DNA from: Candidatus Brocadiia bacterium
Lineage (GTDB): Bacteria > Planctomycetota > Brocadiia > CAIUPP01
Assembly (NCBI GenBank): GCA_050015075.1
Contig: JBEKCB010000010.1
Coordinates: 1-64,000 of the forward strand
Direction: 5' to 3'
Length of the DNA stretch: 64,000 nucleotides
The translations under genes were made by a program, and so were the position numbers. Below, piece after piece: positions 57,615 to 64,000 of the stretch. Every line of letters starts with the position of its first letter. The stretch's first letter is position 1. The notes beneath the pieces were generated by a model. That model searched no databases. It was not told the DNA's origin and saw nothing but the letters and a program-made list of their open reading frames with translations.

Positions 57615-58676
57615 CTACTTTTTCTGCTCGGCCAGTTTTGTGCGGGCCTCCACGGCCTCCGGGATGAGCTTCAGGGCGATTTCCGCGGCGGCTTTTTGTA
57701 GCGCGGACTTCCCGGCGATATTCTCGGCGAGGTCCACGGCTGTGGTCGTGGCGCGGCCGACGGCGAGGATCTTGCCGCTCTTGACGTCCACCGCCTTCAT
57801 CTCCACCCGCGCCTTGACGGAGATGAGCTTCTCGGTGGTCCCGGCGTATTCGCTGAACCCCTCGCCGACGATGATGATATCCGCTTCGCTGAGGCCGTTC
57901 GGGATCTCCTTGCCGGTTTCCTTGAGGAAGTCCCTCGCCCAGTCGCTCAGCCCGGCGTTCTTCGTGCTGATGAGCGTGGCGCCGACGGATTCGAGGAGGT
58001 AGCCCACTTCCGTCTCGGCGGCCGGATCAATGGTCATACGCCCGACGTGCGTTTCGCAAATCAGGACGGCGAATTTCGGCAATGTCTTGCCCTCAAGCCG
58101 CTTCTGCAGCGCCGCGATCATGTCCTTTTCGGTCACCACTTTCGGCATCATGGCGGCGGCCTTGTCGGCCATGTATGCGCTGATCTTGGTCCCCAGGTCC
58201 TGGACGATCTCGTCGAGTTTCCCGTCGGTGGGTCCCTTGGCGATGAGCGCGCCGACCTGGCTGGTCTCGGTGCTCATGATCTTGGCGGTGATGAAGAGCT
58301 GCTGGCCGACGATCATGGCCCGGCCGGTGATAAGGAACTTCGCGCCGGTCAGCTTGCCGATCTTCGCCTTGGTGGCCTCATCCACGATCCCGGTCTGCCC
58401 CAGGGCCATTTCCTCGAGGATCTTCTTGATCTGGGCCCGCTCGACCAGTTGCAGATTGCTGTCCGCCGTCAGGAACGCGGTCAGCAGGTCGGGGATCGCC
58501 TCGCCATAAGAAGTCGTCTCCTTGGTGCCGGTCTCGAAGTTCAGCACGGCGACGAGATAGGGTCCTCCCGGCGCCTGCGCGGCCTTCTCCGGAGCCTTCT
58601 CCTGAGCCAGTCCTGCCGTCGCCAACCACGCCAGGGCCAGCACGGCCACGCTCACAAACAATCTCCCGCACTTCAT
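57615..58676 (-). CDS. CsgG/HfaB family secreted protein
   Basis: GGAGGAGG RBS; signal peptide; VAVLNF, LVERAQIKKILEEMALGQTGIVD...KIGKLTGAKFLITG; second related domain. Confidence 0.85.
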   Translation of the reverse strand: MKCGRLFVSVAVLALAWLATAGLAQEKAPEKAAQAPGGPYLVAVLNFETGTKETTSYGEAIPDLLTAFLTADSNLQLVERAQIKKILEEMALGQTGIVDEATKAKIGKLTGAKFLITGRAMIVGQQLFITAKIMSTETSQVGALIAKGPTDGKLDEIVQDLGTKISAYMADKAAAMMPKVVTEKDMIAALQKRLEGKTLPKFAVLICETHVGRMTIDPAAETEVGYLLESVGATLISTKNAGLSDWARDFLKETGKEIPNGLSEADIIIVGEGFSEYAGTTEKLISVKARVEMKAVDVKSGKILAVGRATTTAVDLAENIAGKSALQKAAAEIALKLIPEAVEARTKLAEQKK

Positions 58677-58719
58677 GGTCCTGCCTCCTCCCAAAAATAA
58701 ATTTCGCTGCCCCTTGTGC

Positions 58720-60315
58720 CTATTGACCATCCTTGTCCTCCTCCAGCATCATGTTCGCGAGAATCTGCCTCACCAAGCGCGCTTGCGATTCGTTCTCCGG
58801 GTCCTCCACCGGCAGCGCGCACAAAACCAACCTCGCCTTGCCTCGTCTGAATTCCGCCAGCAAGCCCGGCTCGGTGATGGCCAGGAATTCCGGGACATCC
58901 GGCTCGGCGTTGAGGCTGCGACGATCTTCCGCTTCTCCAAGGCTCTGCTGGAAGTCTTCCGCCGAAATGCCCCAGGCCAGCGGCTTGGCGTATCGGATCT
59001 GGATGGGCCTCTGGTCCTCCACGGATGCTGCCACGAACCTTGGCAGGGGAAGATACGGTTTGTCCTGCCAAGCGGAGCGAGCCAGATGGTTCACCGCCTC
59101 CAAGAATTCCGGCCCGAATGGAGACTGGACAAAGAGCTTTCCGCCATCGGCCATGTAGCTGTCCAGGTCGAAGCCCGGAGTTATGGAGCCTTCATCCCCT
59201 TTGGGAAGAAGGAGGACAATCACCCCGGCCGCGCTTTTCAAGTCCTCCTTCTTCGGCTCCAGAACGAATCGCGTCGTGTTGAATTTTCCGTCCGTCAACG
59301 CCTCGGGCGGGACCGCGAAACGCGCGGCCTTGCGCCGGGCCGGCAGAGGGACTTCCCGAGCGTAGGAGAGCAGGTTGCGGAGGACCAACTGCGCCACCGG
59401 CTCCTTCGCAAGCCGGCGACCTACTTCCAACTGGCACACGATGACGCGCCCATTCTCGCCCCAGTACTGCGCAACCAGCGGCAGATTGTCCTTTCCCTCG
59501 CCTCCGGTGAGCCAGGCCTGGTAACCCGGACATTCCGGCCAGGCGAGGACGTGCGAGGCCACCTCTCCCGAGCCGGCCCAGTCGGCCAGATCTCCGTCCA
59601 GAAGATCGCGCAGCAGAATGTGCTTCTCGCCAACCAGTTTCCGAGCTGATGAGACCGCCCGTTTCACGACTTCCACCGGCTTCTCAGGGTCGAAGAACCC
59701 AGTTCTCGGCAAACTCTGCTCCAGGAAGATCACTGTCCCGCCGCGCTCGATCAACTCTTGAATCCCGCTCATCGGCTCGGACAGCGTCTCCGGCTGATTC
59801 GGGCCGACGAGGACGAGCTTGCTCTCCAGTGTCCGCACTTGCAGGTCCGTCTTGAGGAGTTCGTACTTTACGCCCGCTTTCTCAAGGATCGGAGCCAGGA
59901 GCTTTTCAGGGTCGCAGAGCCCGACCGGCGGCATATCGGCCGTCGCCCGGCCCAGCTCGGGCAGGGCGTCTCTCGAAAAAAGTGCCAGGGTGAACTCACC
60001 TTCGGCCAGCACGTTGCCGTCGCGTTTAAGCTGGACCTGCTGGATCATGTCCACGCGCGCGCGGACCTCGGGAAGCGTCATCTCAATCGTCACATTCCCC
60101 GGAGCGTCCACCTTGCGGCTTCCGCGATTTACGATGCCCCGGAGCACGCGCGCCTCCCAGGCCATCTCGTACTGGCCCGCGCCCTCAATCTTGAACGTTC
60201 GCTTTATGGTCGTTCCTCCAAAGGTGCGCTGCGGTCCACCCACGAGCGAAAGGTGCGGCTCGCCCGCCTGCGCCAGCAGCGCTGCGGCGAGAGCCAGGAC
60301 AAGGCTCAACTTCAC
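58720..60315 (-). CDS. Secreted hypothetical protein with trimerisation/glutamine-amidotransferase-like segments
   Basis: GTGA overlap with the anti-sigma stop; signal peptide; ELIERGGTVIFLEQ, GRVIVCQL...EPVAQLVLRNLLSYA, loosely repeated. Confidence 0.7.
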   Translation of the reverse strand: MKLSLVLALAAALLAQAGEPHLSLVGGPQRTFGGTTIKRTFKIEGAGQYEMAWEARVLRGIVNRGSRKVDAPGNVTIEMTLPEVRARVDMIQQVQLKRDGNVLAEGEFTLALFSRDALPELGRATADMPPVGLCDPEKLLAPILEKAGVKYELLKTDLQVRTLESKLVLVGPNQPETLSEPMSGIQELIERGGTVIFLEQSLPRTGFFDPEKPVEVVKRAVSSARKLVGEKHILLRDLLDGDLADWAGSGEVASHVLAWPECPGYQAWLTGGEGKDNLPLVAQYWGENGRVIVCQLEVGRRLAKEPVAQLVLRNLLSYAREVPLPARRKAARFAVPPEALTDGKFNTTRFVLEPKKEDLKSAAGVIVLLLPKGDEGSITPGFDLDSYMADGGKLFVQSPFGPEFLEAVNHLARSAWQDKPYLPLPRFVAASVEDQRPIQIRYAKPLAWGISAEDFQQSLGEAEDRRSLNAEPDVPEFLAITEPGLLAEFRRGKARLVLCALPVEDPENESQARLVRQILANMMLEEDKDGQ

Positions 60316-61313
60316 AGGTGATTCCCTTTCCCCGGCGAAGGCCGGCTGCCGGCGGTGATGGACCGCATTCCGGCCCACATATAAAGCTCGTGCCGCCGAG
60401 TCGCGTCGCCGCTGGCGCCGAGGAGCACCGGCGTCCCTTCTTTCACCATGACCTCGGCGTTGATGGGCGAATCTATCACCGGTCTCTGTTCCGCAGCCTC
60501 CGGAACCTCGCAGTCGAAGGCAATCCGCGCACTGATCTGCCCGCTCTTTTCTTTCGCGGCTTTGACACGATAACGGAACAGGTCTCTCGAATCGCGGTCA
60601 CGGCCGGAGAGGCGTACCGAGGCCTCCTCACCCGGCAGCAGGACAAACTGCGGGTTCGACAAAATGGTGGTCTTATTGTCGCTTTGCCGCTCGACGTACT
60701 GAAGTGTGACGACGACGACCTCCCGCGCAGCGTTCTTTTCGCCGACCGTGTTTATCCCGGAGCCGGACATGCCGACTTCCACCTGGTTGCCGTCAATGGC
60801 CATCCAGCGCATGGCTCCGCCCAGGTAGTCCTGGACGGAAACGAATGCCTGGACTTGCTCCGCTGATCCGTTCTCGATCAGCGCGTTTTTCGGCAACCGG
60901 CCGGCCGGGAGCGGCATGAAACTGCTCCCACCCCTAGGAGCAGTTTCAATTGCCACACCCGGCTGCCGCGCTTCCTTCTGGCGGACATGCAGCCGCCATG
61001 CGAGCAGCATGACCGCCGTCGAGAGGATGAGGATCGCCGCGATCGCCATGATCCGGAACGAAAGAGAGACGGGGCGACGCTCCGTCATCTTGACTTTTCG
61101 CCAGATTTCCTCGCGCAGCCGCCGGGAATAATCCGGCGGAAGATCCGGCGCCGAAACGGAACGCACCGCCGTGTGCAGGCGACGCTGCTCCCATTCCTGC
61201 TTCTCGCAGGCCGGACACTGCGCCAGGTGTTCGTGCAGGGCCGCCTGCTCGGCGTCCGAGAGATCGTTGTCGAGCAGCCGGCTGATCAGTTGAGAGCTTG
61301 TCTCGCAATTCAT
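60312..61313 (-). CDS. Zinc-binding (zf-HC2) transmembrane anti-sigma factor
   Basis: MNC...HLAQCPAC (HxxxCxxC), single TM, directly downstream of the ECF sigma. Confidence 0.9.
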   Translation of the reverse strand: MNCETSSQLISRLLDNDLSDAEQAALHEHLAQCPACEKQEWEQRRLHTAVRSVSAPDLPPDYSRRLREEIWRKVKMTERRPVSLSFRIMAIAAILILSTAVMLLAWRLHVRQKEARQPGVAIETAPRGGSSFMPLPAGRLPKNALIENGSAEQVQAFVSVQDYLGGAMRWMAIDGNQVEVGMSGSGINTVGEKNAAREVVVVTLQYVERQSDNKTTILSNPQFVLLPGEEASVRLSGRDRDSRDLFRYRVKAAKEKSGQISARIAFDCEVPEAAEQRPVIDSPINAEVMVKEGTPVLLGASGDATRRHELYMWAGMRSITAGSRPSPGKGNHL

Positions 61314-61340
61314 GTCACGTCTCCCTGTCCCAAGTACTCT

Positions 61341-61913
61341 TCATGGCTCCAGATAATCCGCAAGCATGTCCCGCAGGAGCTGCCGGGCCTTCCAGACCCG
61401 CCAGGCCACAGTCCCTTCGGGGAAACTCAGTATGCGCGCGACCTCTTTGTACGAAAGCCCCTCCTGCACGATCAGGGTGAGCGCCGCGCGCTGGTCGTCG
61501 GGAAGTTTCATGATCGCGTCGCTCAGGAGCCCGGCGAACTCCTTTTCGCGCAACGTCTCGAGCGGGCCGCTTGAGGACGACCGCCGCGAGTCCGCCGGTG
61601 GATCGGCCAGCGAAACCGTTTCGTGGCTCGAATGTCGCTCGCGTCGCAGGTCCAGCGCCTTTCGCACGGCAATGGAATAGAGCCAGGTCATGAACCGCGA
61701 GCGCCCCTTGAACTGCCGCAACGAACAGTAGGCCTGGACAAAGGTATCCTGGGTCACCCCGTCCGCCTCGTTGGCACTGCCGGTCAATCGGCAGGCCAGG
61801 CGATAGACGCGTTCGTGGTGGGCTTGCATGAGCTGGTCGAATGCCTCGTGATCGCCGCGCTGGGACCGCCGGATCAGTTGGGTTTCGACGGTTTCATCCA
61901 CGCCTGCCTCCAA
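61341..61913 (-). CDS. ECF sigma-70 factor
   Basis: GDHEAFDQL, QDTFVQAY, FKGRSRFMTWLYSIA, GLSYKEVARILSFPEGTV. Confidence 0.95.
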   Translation of the reverse strand: MEAGVDETVETQLIRRSQRGDHEAFDQLMQAHHERVYRLACRLTGSANEADGVTQDTFVQAYCSLRQFKGRSRFMTWLYSIAVRKALDLRRERHSSHETVSLADPPADSRRSSSSGPLETLREKEFAGLLSDAIMKLPDDQRAALTLIVQEGLSYKEVARILSFPEGTVAWRVWKARQLLRDMLADYLEP

Positions 61914-61947
61914 CCCAAAGTGCGCGCGCCGGGTGCTTCTTAACCTA

Positions 61948-61999
61948 TTGGACGGATTTGCCGGAACTTATTTTGTCCAAGCCCCGAATTTTTTTCGGG
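61948..61999 (-). promoter_or_regulatory. Candidate ECF-type (auto)promoter/operator
   Basis: Minus strand A-tract, then GGACAAAA...CGTCCAA upstream of the sigma gene; TTGGAC/GTCCAA and CCCGAA/TTCGGG inverted repeats. Confidence 0.35.
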
Positions 62000-62370
62000 C
62001 CCCTGGCTGAGTCCCGGCGTGGCGCTTGCCCTGCGTAAAGGCGGTTGGATTATCTCACAACGCCTCAACCTCTTCCAGTTTTCGGATACGGCCGAGTGTC
62101 ATCGTAGTCTGCTGAAGTCCTGCCGCCTTTCTACCGGCTCCCCGAAGTCAGCCTTTTCGCAATGATTCTTCCTCGCGTCGGCCGGCTCCGCGCCCGGCGC
62201 CGGTCTGACGACGCGCCGGCGGTGATAAGGGACGGCCGGACACGATCAGCCATAGGGAAGGTGTGCGACCCTGACCTAAAAATGATTCGAAAGTGTCCTT
62301 TGGCCGGGATTCGAGGTTGCTCAAGGCCGTCGAAAGTTTTCCAAGAGTGGAAAACGGTCCGAAATGGACT

Positions 62371-62398
62371 TTGACAACGGCCGCTTGGCTGGTACAAT
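62371..62398 (+). promoter_or_regulatory. Sigma70 promoter with extended -10
   Basis: TTGACA-N16-TACAAT with a TGn before the -10; GGAGG RBS at 62440. Confidence 0.7.
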
Positions 62399-62451
62399 CT
62401 GCCCTTTGGACACGGCCGTCCTCGGCGGGGCGGTCAATTGGAGGATCCCGT

Positions 62452-64000
62452 ATGAAATTGTTCTGGACGTGCCTGAACCTATCCGTCGCAGCCGGGTTTT
62501 GCGGCGGCATGAGCCTGGCTGGCGGCGCTGCGCAGACGCCGGCACTGAAAGATCTGCCGTTGCAGGAGAGTGTTTCCCAATATGGGATAACTTGGAAGTT
62601 TGACAAGAAGGTCCCTGTGGGGCAGTTCGTCACCGGCGACTACTACGTTGTCGGGCCGGCGAAAGTGTTGGAGGTTACGCCGGCGCCGACGGGCACAGGC
62701 ACGGCTTTCCGGAATGGCTCGATGCTGAATCCGCCTGTGACGGTCTATACCGCCTACGATGGCCGGTTTGATAATGATTTTCGGGAGAATCTCATCACCA
62801 GGTATCCCTTGGAACTGAAGCCGGGGGATTCATTGGTTTCGACGATCAGCCTGGAAGTCGGAGAACCCATTGAAAAGTTGCCCGGAAACGAGCCGGGCCG
62901 CCTTAAGGCTGCTGCGGTGCTGACTTGTCTGGCGCAAGCCGTTTCGGCGGACACTTTCCGCCCCGGCTATTGCGATCAGAAGAAAGATAACTTTCATCGC
63001 GCCGCCGAAATTCACTGGGAACTGTTGCCCAGTGTGCCTGCGCCGACGAGCAAACCAAACTGGTCTTGGCCGGAATTGGAGCGCGTCTTTCAACGTCCAT
63101 GGATTGACCACGTTTACTCCTGGGAAAGTCGGGAGGTCCATCCTGCTGAGAATATGCCAGGTTACGGTTATCGGCTCGCGTGGGTGGTTTCAGAGGCCGC
63201 GTTGGAGCTTTGCACCGATGCGTCGCGCGATCAAAAAACCAGGTTGTGTCAGGAAATGATCCAGGTTGGCATAGATAACTGGGCTATTGCCAAGCGCGGA
63301 AAGCGCGGAGAGGCCGGCGGCTGGATTTCCCAGGGCGGGTTCGGCCCCGGGCGCAAATTCCCCATCGTTCTTGCCGCCGTCATGCTTCAGGATCAGGAGA
63401 TGATGAATATCAAAAAGAATGCTCCGGAGACCGCCTTCGGCGAGGATGAGGCTACTGAATTCGGACGGACCTGGACCGGCGCCAACGTCTGTTATACGGG
63501 CCAGTTTCCAGCGACCGGAACGCCTGACAGAGGTCCCTACGAAAACCTGTATCCGAGTATATGGCCCGGTCCAAGTCGCACCTTGGGTGAGGCATACCGA
63601 AGGGGCTCGTCCTTCAGCTCCTCCATTGGGGCGGCGCTGGCAGTACACCTCATGAAGGCCGAAAAAGTTTGGGACTATGACGCGTTTTTTGCTTATATGG
63701 ATCGCTGGATGTACGAAGACGACAGCGAAGCTGTAAAGAGTATTAAGATCGCTCTGGGTGTAGCGTATGGCCACAGAGCAGGATCTCATCGCCTGGATGC
63801 TTTCACCGACGAGATGTGGGCCAACTGCAGGCAGATTGTCGGAATCGCGCCTGTTGCGGTCTTCCAGAAAGAGATTGAGGAAAAAGGCGAGGTCAAGATC
63901 GGACCAAACCGGGAATTCCTTGTCAATGGCAAGAAGCTCTTTCCCCTCATGTTGTTCGCTCAAACCAACGTCAACATAAAGGATGCGGAGGCACATGGTG
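62452..64000 (+). CDS. Secreted hypothetical protein, 3'-partial (absent from the ORF track)
   Basis: Open frame to the window end: MKLFWTCLNLSVAAGFCGGMSLAGG...SVSQYGITWKFDKKVPVGQFVTGDYYVVGP...RNGSMLNP...ENMPGYG...FFAYMDRWM; RBS and promoter upstream. Confidence 0.85.
   Translation, partial: MKLFWTCLNLSVAAGFCGGMSLAGGAAQTPALKDLPLQESVSQYGITWKFDKKVPVGQFVTGDYYVVGPAKVLEVTPAPTGTGTAFRNGSMLNPPVTVYTAYDGRFDNDFRENLITRYPLELKPGDSLVSTISLEVGEPIEKLPGNEPGRLKAAAVLTCLAQAVSADTFRPGYCDQKKDNFHRAAEIHWELLPSVPAPTSKPNWSWPELERVFQRPWIDHVYSWESREVHPAENMPGYGYRLAWVVSEAALELCTDASRDQKTRLCQEMIQVGIDNWAIAKRGKRGEAGGWISQGGFGPGRKFPIVLAAVMLQDQEMMNIKKNAPETAFGEDEATEFGRTWTGANVCYTGQFPATGTPDRGPYENLYPSIWPGPSRTLGEAYRRGSSFSSSIGAALAVHLMKAEKVWDYDAFFAYMDRWMYEDDSEAVKSIKIALGVAYGHRAGSHRLDAFTDEMWANCRQIVGIAPVAVFQKEIEEKGEVKIGPNREFLVNGKKLFPLMLFAQTNVNIKDAEAHG

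Noticed and set aside
39353-61913. Type III-E CRISPR Craspase locus (TPR-CHAT plus sigma factor)
   Set aside because: No Cas7-11, recognisable Csx30/31 or repeat-spacer array in the window, and the CHATs appear to be exported.
61963-61969. GGAACTT sigmaE-type -35 on the plus strand
   Set aside because: No correctly spaced -10; GTCCAA lies only 5 bp downstream.
63190-63996. 268-aa minus-strand ORF
   Set aside because: Shadow of the plus-strand gene starting at 62452, which has an RBS, promoter and signal peptide.

Overview
GC-rich bacterial DNA. The gene content suggests Planctomycetota/PVC; this is inferred, not established. I saw no rRNA, tRNA, CRISPR array, integrase or transposase. From left to right: (1) the 3' part of a surface protein built from ~88-aa repeats; (2) a secreted hypothetical gene and an MBL-fold gene; (3) a ~29 kb minus-strand, largely translationally coupled run of genes: DUF1080, coiled-coil membrane protein, Fe3+-type ABC importer whose ATPase is fused to a lipobox and NHL propeller, vWA, MoxR, DUF58, BatA-vWA, two [accessory protein, ABC ATPase, double permease] modules, GspE/PilB, three GspF/PilC and three pseudopilins, faced by an inverted third accessory+permease copy that lacks an ATPase; (4) a ~23 kb minus-strand locus headed by an ECF sigma/zinc anti-sigma pair, encoding CsgG/FlgO-like proteins, a FlgO-DUF4384 protein and a repeated [partner protein -> signal-peptide CHAT caspase-like protease] module, with shared N- and C-terminal domains, a duplication scar and a shared S-[AV]-x-R-D-L motif; (5) a secreted protein running off the right edge that the ORF track omits. 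Locus (4) is the best candidate for an undescribed system. Several start codons were re-chosen by eye from RBS and stop/start overlaps. All family calls come from motif recognition, not database searches.
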